Both the position numbers and the translations under genes were made by a program. The notes beneath the pieces were generated by a model. That model saw only the letters and a list, made by a program, of their open reading frames with translations. It was not told where the DNA came from and ran no database searches. Positions 1 through 13,558 of a DNA stretch of 64,000 nt are shown here, in pieces; position 1 is the stretch's first letter, and each line of letters opens with the position of its first letter. The DNA comes from the human T2T-CHM13v2.0 reference genome, Homo sapiens: assembly GCF_009914755.1 (NCBI RefSeq), contig NC_060932.1; one strand, written 5' to 3'.

Positions 1-1680
1 CAAGGAAATATGAAAGGACACAATCAAATGGAAAAACATTCCATGCTTATGGATAGGAAAAATCAATATCGTGAAAGTGGCCATATTGCCCAAAGTAATT
101 TATAGATTCAATGCTCTTCCCATCAAGCTACCATTGACTTTCTTCACAGAATTGGAAAAAGCTACTTTAAATTTCATATGGAACTAAAAAAGCCTGTATA
201 GCCAAGACAATCTGAAGCAAAAAGAATAAAGCTGGAAGCATCATGCTACCCAACTTTAAACTATACTACAAGCCTACAGTAACCAAAACAGCATAGTACT
301 GGTACTAAAACATATATATAGACCAATGGAACAGAACAGAGTCCTCAGAAATAACATCACACATCTACAACCATCTGATCTTTGACAAACCTGACAAAAA
401 CAAGCAATGGGGAAAAGATCCCCTATTTAATAAATGGTGTTAGGAAAACTGGCTAGCCATATGCACAAAACTGAAACTGGACACTTTTCTTACACCTTAT
501 ACAAAAACTAACTCAAGATGGATTAAAGATTTAAATGTAAGACCTAAAACGATAAAAACCTAAAAGAAAACCTAGGCAATACCGTTCAAGACATAGGCAT
601 GGGCAAAGACTTCATGACTAAAGTACCAAAAGCAATGTCAACAAAAGCCAAAATTGACAAATTGGATCTAATTAAACTAAAGAGCTTCTGCACAGCAAAA
701 GAAACTATCATCAGAGTGAACAGGCAACCTACAGAATGGGAGAAAATTTTTGCAATCTATCCGTCTGACACAGGGTTAATATCCAGAATTTACAAGGAAC
801 TTAAACAATTTTACAAGAAAAAACAACCCCATCAAAATGCGCAAAGGATATGAACAGACATTTCTCAAAAGAAGACATTTATGCAGCCAAGAAACATATG
901 AAAAAAAGCTCATCATCACTCGTCATTACAGAAAGGCAAATCAAAACCACAATGAGGTACCATCTCATGCCAGTTAGAATGGCAATCATTAAAAAGTCAG
1001 GAAACAACAGATGCTGGAGAGGATGTGAAGAAATAGGAAGACTTTTATACTGTTGGTGGGAATGTAAATTAGTTCAACCATTGTGGAAGTCAGTGTGGTG
1101 ATTACTCAAGGATCTAGAACTAGAAATACCATTTGACCCAGCAATCATATTACTGGGTATATACCCAAAGGATAAAAAATCATTCTACTATAAGAACACA
1201 TGCACACATATGTTTATTGCAGCACTATTCATCATAGCAAAGACTTGGAACCCACCCAAATGCCCATCAATATTAGACTGGATGAAGAAAATGTGGCACA
1301 TATACACCATGGAATACTATGCAGCCATATAAAAGAATGAGTTCATGTCCTTTGCATGGACATGGATGAAGCTGGAAATCATCATTCTCAACAAACTAAC
1401 ACAGGAAGAGAAAACCAAACACTGCATGTTCTCACTCATAAGTGGGAGTTGAACAATGAGAACACATGGGCACAGGGAGGGAAACATCCCACACCAGGGC
1501 CTGTCAGAGGGTGGGGAGCAAGGAAAGGGATAGCATTAGGATAAATACCTAATGTAGATGACTGGTTGATGAGTGCAACAAACCACCATGGCACATGTAT
1601 ACCTATGTAACAAACCTGCACATTCTGTACATGTATCCCAGAACTTAAAGTATAATAAAAAATAATGAGTAATAAAAAAA
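1..1680 (+). mobile_element. L1PA (L1PA7/8-like) ORF2 3' part, 3'UTR and A-rich tail; frameshifted, runs off the window start
   Basis: ORFs 599-853 and 850-1101 are L1 ORF2p C-terminal sequence ([45 protein letters not shown]); typical 3'UTR ending cccagaacttaaagtataataaaaa. Confidence 0.95.
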
Positions 1681-2056
1681 GTGGGACATATATACCATGG
1701 AATACTACACAGCCAAAAAGTAATAAGATCATGTTTTTTTGTTGGACATGGATGGATCTGAAGGCCATTATCCTTAGCAGACAAACACAGGAACAGAAAA
1801 CCATATACCCCATGTTCTCACTTATAAGTGGGATCTAAATGATTAGAACACATGGATGCATAGAGGGGAACAACAGCCAGTGGGGTCTACAGGATGGTGG
1901 AGGGTGGGAGAAGGGAGAAGATGAGGAAAAATAAATAATGGGTACTAGGCTTAACATCTAAGTGATAAAATAATCTGTACAACAAATCCCCATGACACAA
2001 GTCTACCTATATAACAAACCTGCACATATACCCCTGAACTTAAAGTTAAATTAATA
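1681..2056 (+). mobile_element. Older L1PA (L1PA13-15-like) 3' end, directly following the younger L1
   Basis: Second ORF2 end and 3'UTR with gggtactaggcttaa...ctgtacaacaaatccccatgacacaag. Confidence 0.85.
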
Positions 2057-2995
2057 AAATACTTGCAAACCAAATTCAACAGCACATTAAAATTATCATA
2101 CCCCATGACCAAGTGAAATATATCCCTATAATGCAAGTATGGTTCAACAAACAAAAATCAATTAATGTGATATGTCACATTAACAGAATGAAAGATTAAA
2201 GAAAACCACAATCATCTCAATAGATGCAGAAAAAGCATTTTACAAAGTTCAACACCCTTTCATGATAAAAACTTTTAACAAATTAGGAATAGAAGAAATA
2301 GACCTCAACATAATAAATGCCATATATGAAAAGCCCACAGCTGACATCACACTCAATGGTGAAAAATTGAAAGCTTTAGTTCTAAGGTCTGAAACAAAGT
2401 CATTCTTGACACTTCAAATTAACATAGTACTAGAAATGTTAGAACATCCAGGCAAAAAATAAATAAATAAATAAAAGACATCCAAATCAGAAAGGAAAAA
2501 CTACAATTATCTTTGTTTGCAGATGTCAAAAAGAATAAAAGATTTAGGAATAAACTTAACCAAGGAAGTGAAAGACTACTACACAGAAAACTACAAAACA
2601 TTGACAAAAGAAAACACAAATAAATGAAAAGACATCCCATACATATAGATTGGAAGAATTAATATTAAAATTTTTACACTACCCAAAGCAGTGTACAGAT
2701 TCAATCCAATCCCTATCAAAATGCCATTGACATTTTTCACAGAAATAGAAAAAAAATCCTAAAATTCATATGGAACTACAAAGGACTCCAAAGAGCCAAA
2801 ACAATCTCAAGATGGAAGAACAAAGCTGGAACATCACACGTCTTCATTTTAAAATATATTATAAAGCTACAGCGATTAAAACAGTATGAGACTGGCAAAA
2901 AGACAGACATACAGACAAATGGAGCAGAATGGAAAGCCCAGAAATAAACCCACACATATACTATCAAGTGACATTTAAGAAAAATGCCAAGAATA
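2057..2995 (+). mobile_element. L1M ORF2 (reverse transcriptase region) fragments, internally deleted
   Basis: catctcaatagatgcagaaaaagcattt; ORF 2262-2462 resembles L1 RT region (IKTFNKLGIE...AIYEKPTADITLNGEKLKA). Confidence 0.85.
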
Positions 2996-3039
2996 TTTTC
3001 TACACTTAAAGTTTAGAATATAGATATCAAATTTTATGA

Positions 3040-3430
3040 AATCTCTTACTTTGATTTTAATTGAGAATGAAGAAAGTTATGAATTCATTTGAGAACTTTT
3101 ACACTATTGAATCTCCCTTTGCAGAAATATGGTGTGCTTTCCGTCTACTCAAGTCTCCCTTTCTTTCTTTCAGTTAAATAATACGGTTTCTTCAGATACA
3201 ATTTGAACACTTGTTAGTCTTCTTCTAAAAACTTTATAAATTTTTGTTGTTACGTACTTCTGAACTGAACTGAAATGGGATTTTTTTGCTGTTGACTTCT
3301 TAAATTGGTTATTGTTGATGTATAGAAAATGATACCTATTTTGTGTATTTAGGCAACTGATCTATTTTGCTATTAAGTTGGCTTTCCCAAGTTCATTATT
3401 TTCAAATAAATACAGAATTGTATCTTCTGC
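3040..3430 (-). mobile_element. Old L1M fragment, antisense
   Basis: tttacactattgaatctccc; ttggttattgttgatgtatagaaa resemble antisense L1 ORF2. Confidence 0.55.
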
Positions 3431-3469
3431 ATTAAAAAAGGGAGAATACCAAGAAAACACAGTAAGGAA

Positions 3470-3940
3470 ACAGGAAAGGATAGTCTCCTAAACAAATCGT
3501 GTTGGGAAATTGTCTTACACCATACACACTAATCAACAAAAAATGTAATCTAGGCTTAAATGCAAAACCTGAAACTATAAAACTCCTAGAAAAAAAACGT
3601 GAGGAAAATCTTATGAAACTGATGTTGGCAATAATTTCTTGGATATGATATCAAAAGCACAGGCATCAAAATAAAAAAAAATAGCCAAATGGGACTACAT
3701 GCAATTAAAATCCTTCTGAAAGTGCAACTTAAGAAATGAGAGAAAATATTTACAAACCACATTTTAATAATGGGTTAATATCCAAAACATATAAGGAACT
3801 CTCGATTCAATAGAATAAAAAAAGAAGAAAAAGAAATAATTTGATCAGAAAATGAGCAATAAAGCAATGAACATAAATAGAAGTATTTTCAAAAAAGACA
3901 AATGGCCCACACCTGTTAGGATAATTATTATTAAAAAGTA
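3470..3940 (+). mobile_element. L1M ORF2 3' fragment
   Basis: aaacctgaaactataaaactcctagaa; ttaatatccaaaacatataaggaactc. Confidence 0.8.
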
Positions 3941-3944
3941 ATAA

Positions 3945-4079
3945 TTCCTTCCTCCTTTAAAGTGCCAGATAAAAGTCTCTGCTGGAGGCTGCACTTCCCA
4001 GCCTGTGGAATGGGCAGCCTTTATAAGGAATAAAGTCTCCTTTCCAAATGGATAGATCTGGTGATTTTTCAAGTTTACA
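3945..4079 (+). mobile_element. ERV1-type LTR 3' fragment (MER34-like)
   Basis: aataaagtctcctttccaaat...gtgatttttcaagtttaca resembles an LTR terminus. Confidence 0.45.
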
Positions 4080-4096
4080 CCTTGAAAGCTTCTTTA

Positions 4097-4485
4097 TCAT
4101 GGGCTGAATTGTGCTCCCTCAAAATTTATATGTTGAAGTCCTAAACCGCAGCATATCAGAATGTGACTGTGTTTGGAGATAAGGTCTTTAAAGAGATAAT
4201 TAAGTTCTAATAAGGTAATTAGGTTGGGGCCTAATCCAATATGATTAGTGCCCTTATAAGGAGGGGAGATCAAGAAACAGACATAGACCTTCAGAGGGAA
4301 GACCATGTGAAGACACAGGGAGAAAATGGACATCTAGAAGCCAAGGAGAAAGCCCTCAGAAAGAAACAACCTTGCCAATGCTTTCATCTTGGATGTTTAA
4401 CCTCCAGAACTATGATAAAATAAATCTCTAGTTTTAAGCCACTTAGTCTGTGGCACTTTGCTATGGCGCCCCAGCAAATGAATAT
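4097..4485 (+). mobile_element. MLT1 (MaLR) solo LTR, MLT1B-like
   Basis: atgggctgaattgtg...tatgttgaagtcctaa...gtgactgtgtttggagataaggtctttaaagag...tttaagccacttagtctgtggcactttg. Confidence 0.9.
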
Positions 4486-7400
4486 CCCTGCCCTTCTATC
4501 GTCTTCATCCACCAACACTGTCATATAACCTGCTAGAACTCATGTTACAAGACTTTATGGAGAAAAAATAATGAGTGAGTTCAGATCTCAGAGCACCTTT
4601 CAGAGATTCATGACCTTTCTCCCTTCAAGTTCTTCACCTTTCTCCTCAGCCCAGAGCCTCTGCCTCCTTCCTGATCAAGGAAGTCTCACCTCCTCCGTTC
4701 CCATGCCAGATACATACAGACCTGGGTTTGAGTTCTTGTTTTCAGATGTTGGATATTTTTCCTCACCTAGTCACTTACCATTTTATTGTTAGTTTACTTA
4801 CTTCTGAACTGAAGGAAATAATACCAGTCTAAAGGGCTGCGAGATTAAATGAGAAAATCTATGCAGAGTGCCCGACAGTGGCTGTCACAAATTGAGTGAT
4901 CAAAAAATAATCTCTACCTCTCTCTTCTGCACAATCTCTATCTCTTCCTTTCCAAAACTGCTGGAAGAGAAAGGGGGATAAAGCAGTGATCTGGCTCCGA
5001 AAGTCCCCTCCAGACGTCATGGCTACCTTTTTTTCCTTGGTTTCCTGGGCAAGCCTGCCATCTAGGGGCATCTTCAGTTCCTTTCTCATCTACTCTCAGT
5101 GATGATATTCTCATCAGATTTTACACTGAAAATATTGATTTTGTGTGTGTGACGCAGGAACTCTGTCCTGCTGGATTATAAGAGGCTAAACTTTAAAGAC
5201 TCCCTTGACTTCAATTTATGATATCAGTTGCAGCTGAGGTCCTGAAGCTGGAGTACTAAACCAAGCATGCCCATTTCATAAAAACATGTTTCCTATACCT
5301 TCCCGGAACCTCTTTCCTTCTTAGGCTTCATAGAAAGAGAGGTAAAACTCTCTGGCTGTGGGTGCAAAGCTATAGCATCACTTGCGTACAGAATCATGGT
5401 TCTACCCCATCTTCCTTTAGTAGCACTTAACATAGACATCATTTACTTACTTACCTGTTTATAGTCAGACTCCCACAACTGGGTTGTAATCTCCAGAATT
5501 ACAACCTGATGAAATTGTAACCTGATGGAAAAATGAGCAAAAAAGCAATGGACATAAATGGAAGTATCTCCAAAAGAGACAAATCCCAAAGAGCAAGAAT
5601 ATTTTCCCCCATTCTGTTTCCTAGTGCCTAGCCTGTAGTAGACATTCCCTAAATCTTTGTTGAAAAAATTAGTGATTAAATTTTTTCTCTTATCTTCCTG
5701 GATTTTCAACCCTAGTCACACACAACCCACTACCCATAGGCCTTCCTCCAAGTTGTAGCTCTTTCTGACTTTCATCAGTTTCTGCAGCTTGCCTTGCCAT
5801 TCAAGCAGCTTGACCTATTTCCCACTACCCCAGCATATTTCCCTCCTATTTGTAGTCTTTTTCTTTTTTAATTTTAATTTTGGCAAAATACATGTTCATA
5901 GCTGACATTTAATGGGACAAACGTCATATACGAAAAATACATGTGGCCCCTGCCTCATTCCTGCCAGCCCTTTCTTACTCTCCATCCTATCCCCAGTGGC
6001 ATCGCTTTACCTATGGGTTTCCTGGCACTGACTTTCATATTTTCAGTAATATGTTCATGCCAGTTCCAGTGAGAGGACTGTTTGCCCCCAACCATAATAA
6101 AATCAGTACAGAAATTAAGTTTTAGAAATTTTTATAGCAATTGATATTGTCTCATTACCCTAAATCAAGACGATTTTCTCAAAATTTATTTTTATTGTCT
6201 TACAAAAGTATCTGCCTCTGGTGGGATGGAAAATAAAACAAAACAAAAATGGTTCCTTCTCCACAGAAAGCCTGAGTGTCAGTGCTCTGGGCCACCGCAC
6301 AGTGATGCTAGAGTCTGTCATTCCAGTGCCCTGCGGGCCCCCTCGCTTTCTGCTCGGTGTTTATTCTTCAGCTCCTGAACACCAGGCTGTTCTCATTTTA
6401 CCTTGTTTTTATTTGATCAGGTCAGTGAGAGAGCATATGCCCTGGTAGATTCCTGAGAAAAGGAACAGGAGGATGAGAGGTTCAATGTTTTACACATTGC
6501 TGGTCTGATAGCTCAGCTTCATTCACAGGTGAGTAGCAATTTTAGTTTGAAAATTATTTTCACTAAGAATTTAATGATATGACTCAATCATCTACTAGCA
6601 TCCAATATTCTACTAAGAAGTTGAACGTCTTTCTTATTTCCAAAGCTCATTTTGTGGTATTTATTTATTATTCTCTCTATCAACACTCAGAGTTTTATTT
6701 ATCCCCAGTGTTCTAAAATTTCATGAGTCAGTCATACTTTCAATGTTGGTAATTTTCTTTAATTATTTCACTGGAAATTTTCTTTCCAATGTTCTGTATT
6801 CTCTTTCTTCTGCTATAATACCTTTGGATCAAATATTGTTGAATTTTTTATTGATTTTTTTCCTCCCGCTGTCCATGTATCACTTGGTTCTCCTTGCTGA
6901 CTGTGCAGACTGGGGTGGGAAAAAAACCAACCCTCACATAGAATTTCAACCAATTGCCGTTTCCAGCCCTTGCTTCACTCCACCTTCCATGGTATATGTG
7001 CTTCCAATTCCCAAGACTAAACAAATTTCATGAGTTTAATTATTTGTTTTATAACAGTCTTCCTCTCTGCAAGACTTACATTTCCTTTTTTTTTTTTTTG
7101 CACACTGCTAACTCAGTTTCTACTTCTTTACTTGCTTTACATATTATAGTTTGAAGTAACAAATGTCTCCAGTTTTATTGAAGTCGGAGATCCTGTTCTG
7201 TATACTTACTGCATTGAGATAATTCTAAGACAGGAGGGTGCAAAATCTGTGCTTTTGTGTTACTTTAAAACCAGAAGTCTTTCTCTTCTATTTTATTTGA
7301 ATTCTAATCAACATACTTTTCCTCCAAGGAGCTAGGAGCTTTCTTGACTGACTCATGTCTTCTCACCACTTCCACATTCTATATGCTACTTATCTTTCTT

Positions 7401-7862
7401 TCTGGAGTTATCTATTTATAATTTGATTTATTTTAAGTTCCTTGATAGTAGAAACAAACCAAAACAAATTAAACAATAAACAAAACAACAGTCAAATGTA
7501 TCTGCACACAGAGGACCTTATGTGCAGTTATCCAAAAGAGAAAGATGTTAGGACAATAAAGTGGAAGTGATTTTTTAAAAAAATCTTTCTACTTCTTTGT
7601 AGTAACCTGACTTTTTCTTATATATGTTATTTTTCCCAGTGGAAATACTTCCTTATTTGACAAATCTTGAGAAAATTTATATGCATAATCATTCTTTAGA
7701 AGAGTATAAAACAAATAGAGCAAATAAAAAATAGGAAATTCACTTATTTTGGGAAAAAAAAGGAGATCATAGGGAGTTTACACAGCTGAGATGGATGTAT
7801 AATACAAATTGTCACCAGATACTTTTAACTGGTTAGATGCCATCAGTTGAATAAGCTTCTCT

Positions 7863-8223
7863 TCTGCATCCCCATCCCCAGAGACCGGGCTGCAGTGTGT
7901 CCTGGGCTTTGGAATTACTGTAAGATTCTCAAGTGATTTTACTGTGCAAGCAGCTTTGGCAACCATTGTCTAAAAAGGTATGTAGGATTAGAAGAGAAAA
8001 TGGGTGAGGAGAGAACCATAGTAAAAGTGTTGGCTGAACAAGAGGAGCCAAGGAGAATAAGAGGAAAGTTTATGGTGGAAGAAATCTGGGGAAGTACAGT
8101 TTCCTGGAAAGAGGAGAAGAAGGAATGCAGAATAAAAGGGTAATCAAAACAAGAAGATGAACAGGTGACCACTGGATTTGGCATACAGAAGGATTTGGGT
8201 GGCCTCACAATGGCGGTTCCAAG
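7863..8223 (+). repeat. Left arm of ~360-bp inverted duplication (MER5 plus L2 composite)
   Basis: Reverse complement of 9859-10217, roughly 85% identical by manual alignment. Confidence 0.95.
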
Positions 8224-9380
8224 AAACTGCCCTTGATCACTGGCATTTAAAGAAGTATAATACTTTAAGTACTTCAGGCTACCAGGGAGCCTGTTAATAA
8301 AAGACTGGCCTAATGATGAAATGGTTCTATCATAGTCTGAGTGGTATTAGGTACCAAGCTCTTAGAATGCTCAATGCCTGAGAGATGGATAGCTGGTAGT
8401 ACAGTTTGAGGCAAAAATCCTTGGTCCATTTGTCCATTGCCCACAGGTGAAGACTTTACAAGTTTAGAAATTCACTTTAAGGAACATCTCTTGTTTTAAG
8501 TTTATTGCTTTTCCTATCATAATTATTATTTTATATTTCCCCATGTTGAACTGACCACTGTTGCCTATGAACCACTATGTAGCCTATCTATACTTAACTA
8601 GATTTACTAACTTATAAATATCTGTCCCCTACTAGACTGTAAGCCTATCAAGAGAAAGAATGATGTCTTATGATTCCTGTATTTTTAGACCAAGAACAAA
8701 ATGATCACTTAACAAATATTTATTGTGCAAATGCTGGAGAAGTGTCCCAAAAAGCATCTTAAATTTATTTATGAAGAATATTCGTTTCTTCAAAAGGGAA
8801 AGTTGTAAATTAAAGTCTATGACCAACTTGACCCTATTGCTGGTTGGGGCCTTTAAGATTGCTGTTTTTTAATGATTATTTTTCAAAATTCCTCAAAGCA
8901 ATTTACAGGAAAAGCCTTTTGATTTCTGAAGTGCATAATAGCCACTGTGGTTTATGATTTTTCCATCTTTCCTCAAGGCGCCTAAATGCTCTGTTTCCCT
9001 TAGGGATAAAATCATCAGGTTCCTATTGGCTGGTAGCTGTGACTCTATGACATGAACCTGCAAGTTTAATAGTAATGAAGATGGAACAAATGCAATATTC
9101 ACATATCTTAGAATACTCAGAAATAATGAATGAAAGACAAGTATGTGGCTTAAGTTTTGGGTCACTTTTCCACTTTTGGCTGTACTTTCTGTGAGGCATG
9201 TGTTCAAAGAAAAACTCATGAAGTTATGTTCCTTATAATATTTGTTCTGCCCAAGAAACATTTTGCAAATATGCTTTAGGAGACATGTGACATATACCAA
9301 AACCAAATTCTGGCCCTCTTGCCAACAAAGCATGGCCAATGCTTCTTCACACAGATGCACAATGTTTATACAGAGCATAC

Positions 9381-9620
9381 CTGAATTCTTGATCATCTAT
9401 CCACAAAATACATTGCTTTTTCCACAAAGACCATGGTTTCCAAGGCAACAGAAAACTCATATAAAAATGAAAGCTCACACAAGTTGATCTCCATTTCTAC
9501 GTGCCAAAATCTAACCACCTTCTCCAACCATAATAGTTATATTTCCCACCAGGAAGGCAAGGCTGAGAATGAAGTTCTAATAGTAGAGGCCACTTTTAAA
9601 TGTGTCAGCATACATTGGTG
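9381..9620 (-). other. Candidate internal exon, 240 nt
   Basis: Acceptor ttttcttcttgatag|CACC; donor TCAG|gtatgc. Confidence 0.35.
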
Positions 9621-9858
9621 CTATCAAGAAGAAAATTTTATTTAACAGTTTTCAGAGAGCGGTTGATGGGAGTCATTTGGGTAGAGGGTTAAGTATAGAG
9701 AAGATATGTTATGGCTAACCCTGAAGGATATTAGTAATATTGAAGGAGAGAAGATCCATCTTTCCTCTACTACTGGAAATTTTTTCTTTGTAAGCAAGTT
9801 GTTGAAAACCTTCTCATTGTTCATTCACTCAAAAACTCATTGCAGTCTGCCTTCTCTG

Positions 9859-10217
9859 CTTGGAACTGCCCTTGTGAAGCCTTCCAACTCCTTCTGTATG
9901 CCAAATCCAGTGATCACTTGTCCATCTTCTTATTTTGATTACCCTTTCATCCAGCATCTCCCTTCTCCACTTTCCAGGAAACTACACTTCCCCAGTTCTC
10001 TTCCACCATAATGTTTCCTCTTATTCTCCTTGGCAGGCTCCTCTTGTTCACCCAACACTTTTACTATGGTTCTTCCTCACCCGTTTTCTCTTCTAATTCT
10101 ACATATTTTTTTAGACAATGGTTGCCAAGTCTGCTTGTACAGTAAAATCACTTGAGTATCTTACAATTCCAAAGACCAGGATACAGTGTGGCTCAGCCTC
10201 TGGGAATGGGATGTAGA
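9859..10217 (-). repeat. Right arm of the inverted duplication; MER5-like sequence continues to ~10275
   Basis: Reverse complement of 7863-8223. Confidence 0.95.
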
Positions 10218-11510
10218 CATCAGTTTGAAATTCTCCCAGGAGATTTCAATGTGAAGACACATTTGTGAAACCACCATCTTAGAGTGCTTCCTTTCCTCTT
10301 AATTAACTCCAAATTAGATGACACTGAATATGCTAGGCTTATACTTTGTCAAAAAGTAATCATGCCTGTGACATATGCTCAGTTACTCCTTGAAATTCCT
10401 CAGTTGTACCTCATTATTTCAGGATAAAATAAAAATATGTTACCAGGACATTAAAGGCTCCCATGGTCTGGGCTCTTTTTACCTGCTAAGCTTCATCTCA
10501 CACCACTCCCCAGTCCTGCTCAGTTCTTCCACCAGGAACTGCCCCCTTCACCTGCATAATTCCCACTTGTCCTTCCAGACTCAGCTGGGACATTTCCCTA
10601 ATACCTTCTGCTCTCACTTACAGTGAGTTTTGTTGACCATAGCTCTTACCCCATGTACATCTTTTTATTGGTTAATCTTGTGGTACATAAGAATTTATTT
10701 CAGGGTAGAGTATTTACTTTTTTATTTCTCTACCCAGAATGCAGAGTGCTTTGAGCACACTTGCATGTTCAATGTTTGATGAATAAACGAATAAAAGAAT
10801 ATGATGTTTGAAAATTTTTGCCTTGAAGACATGTTCAGAAAGGGCTTGATCAAATGTATTTATTCAAGCAAAGAGGAAGATCACAGAGCCACAGAGCTTT
10901 CCTGCAGGTGCCAGGGTGTTCTTCCCTTCCTCCAGCTTCTTCCTTGGTCATCTGACAAGTGGAGCATCTGGAAACACAATCCAGGTGGTGACACCAACCT
11001 TCACATTTGAGGATCACTCTGGACACCATTTTCAGTAACCAAAAATTTAGCAAGGGCTCTCATACCATCAGGGATCTATTCCAACAGCTGGATATTACAA
11101 GAAACCACCTGCTAACAAGAGGGCTGGACAACTTTTGGGTCAGGAGAGGATAAGGGGGGAAATATTTGGCACAGAAAGCCCAAATGCCCCATCACTTACA
11201 GAGAGATGTAAGGTGTCTTTAAAAATAATTGATTCTCAGTAAGATTAAAAGTTTGAACTGTTTCTCCAACCATGTAGTTCTGTTAAGTTAATCTTGAAAT
11301 CATTCTTTGAAAACTGACAGGAAAGATACAACTTAGAAAACATTGTGGATGAATACTTCCCCCTTTTGCAAATGATATTTTGGAAGCACAAAAGAAAAAG
11401 CTCTAATACAAATATTCATAATGAAAATATGAACTTAATAATACCAATGGCAAGACAGAATAATTAGGAGAAATCGGGTAACGAGCATCTCTCCTATTTT
11501 TAGTTTGTAA

Positions 11511-11821
<311 letters not shown>

Positions 11822-12046
11822 CCCCTTTTTTGCTTTTTATGTAACTGCCACTTCCTGGTATGTTGTAAGCTTTACAAAATAAAAAAAAAAATTGAGTATT
11901 AAAAAAGTTGAAATTAAGTCACTTTTCCACAGTTATCTAGTAAAAACAAACACATAGAAACAAATAATAGAAGAGAATAACGTGATTTCCTGAACGGTCA
12001 ATTATTGTGTGATACAAACACCATGTTCCAGATTTGACTTTTGTAC

Positions 12047-12172
12047 CGTTTTTCTCCAAGAAACGCCATAGCCATCTCTGATAACATATGCTCCTCCAAG
12101 CCTTCAGTATCAGTTAATCGGCTGTCATACCAACTGCCAGTTATAGTCTGTGCTGTCTTTCCAATCCTTTTC
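12047..12172 (-). other. Candidate exon carrying the stop of the spliced ORF (TAA at 12143-12141); 3' boundary uncertain
   Basis: Acceptor ttttgtcactttctactaccaacaacag|GAAAAGG; only a weak donor, ACG|gtacaa, at 12047. Confidence 0.45.
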
Positions 12173-12334
12173 CTGTTGTTGGTAGTAGAAAGTGACAAAA
12201 TATATAACAATCTAAGTCTTAATAAATTAATTTTATATGGTTATGCTCAAAGGCATCCAAAAAGACAGGGACTTATTGTGACAATACAGTCATCCATTGG
12301 AAGTGTCGTGTTCTAGTAACACATGCTGTGACCC

Positions 12335-12505
12335 AAACTGGCTTCCTGGGCCTGTGACCTGGGCCGGCACCAGGGCCCTGCCCTCAGAATGAACTTGTAC
12401 TTGTTTTGATGCTCAACTGCTGCCATCTTGAAATTCTTAATGTTTGAACAAGGCTCACACAATTTTATTTTGCTGTGGGCCCTGCAATTTGTGTAGCTGG
12501 TCCCG
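12335..12505 (+). mobile_element. MER45A (hAT) non-autonomous DNA transposon
   Basis: ggcttcctgggcctgtgacct...gccatcttgaaattcttaat...tgggccctgcaatttgtgtagctggtccc matches the recalled MER45A consensus. Confidence 0.8.
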
Positions 12506-13558
12506 CTTGTGAACCCTCACTAAGCATTTTCTCTTGGGTGAAGCGTGTCTAAAATCAAAACAATGTCAGTCAGCATTAATAGAAAAAAGACATTGTGGAT
12601 GGCAGCTTATTGCTACAGAAGTGTCGGTGGACTGACGAGAGGGACAGCCCATCTACCTTCTCCCAAGTCATGGCATTCTCTATAGGCCATTATAGATGCA
12701 GATGAGTCTCTGATATGTTTTACATTAACTCAAATATCCTTTGTTGCCTGATTTCTGCTTGCTGCTTTCTTGCCTGACAGGACCCCTACATAGGACTCCC
12801 AGGGATTATCCCTGTTTGCACAAGAATGATTACTCTTAGGGAAAGTCTTCTAACTCAAAATGCAGCAAACATCACCACAAAATTTAGTCAGGTGCCTGCA
12901 TGCTTCAGGCTCATCTATTAGAATATACAAAATAAATCATCCCTTTGCAGAGCCAGGTCAGTATTATGATAATGTGGTTCAGGGAGAATAAGTAATTGCT
13001 GATGTTAAGAGAGATGAACAAAGTTGATGGATGTGGTCAACAAATGTTTATTTCAGTTTCATTGTATCCTTCTTGAAAAGTACTTAAACTAGTTCACTAG
13101 AGGATAATTAGATTTCTGGCATGGATTCATTAGCATACTATACTGAAAATTACTTTTTCTCTGTATTTATACCTATCTGGTAGAAACAGAGATGCAGTTG
13201 GAATATGGACCTTTAGATGGTATAGCAAAGAAAGAGATATGAGCTTTTTTGTAGTTGAGACATTTACTGAATTTTCATTAATACTGAAACAGAAGGAGTT
13301 TAGATGATAGACACTGAATTGTTTTGGCTAGAAAATAATTTCGGCTCAAATTGATGCAAGAATGGTAGGTAAGCTTTCTGTAATTGTATATGCTATCATC
13401 TTTTTGTAATTGATGTGTGAAAATGGTCTAGGCTTAAAAATATATGTAACTTTAAAACTGGATGTTTACAAAATCAGCTTTTCTTTTTGCTGTAAGTCCT
13501 ATCAGGCTGATGTTCCAAAGAGACACGTGCTTGAGCTGTCTATAGCCTTCCTTCTCAC

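Noticed and set aside
599-1101. L1 ORF2 fragments as an active retroelement
   Set aside because: Broken by frameshifts and stops; diverged old subfamily
6421-6528. Plus-strand exon-like segment (tttgatcag|...CAG|gtgagt)
   Set aside because: Good splice sites but stops in all three frames, no partner exons found, and the context looks like old antisense L1; probably a cryptic exon
8893-9396. 167-aa minus-strand ORF as a standalone gene
   Set aside because: No recognisable homology or coding-like composition; it reads through a predicted donor, so it is probably chance
11460-11500. Possible pre-miRNA hairpin (taggagaaat...atctctccta)
   Set aside because: Stem too short and imperfect for Drosha processing
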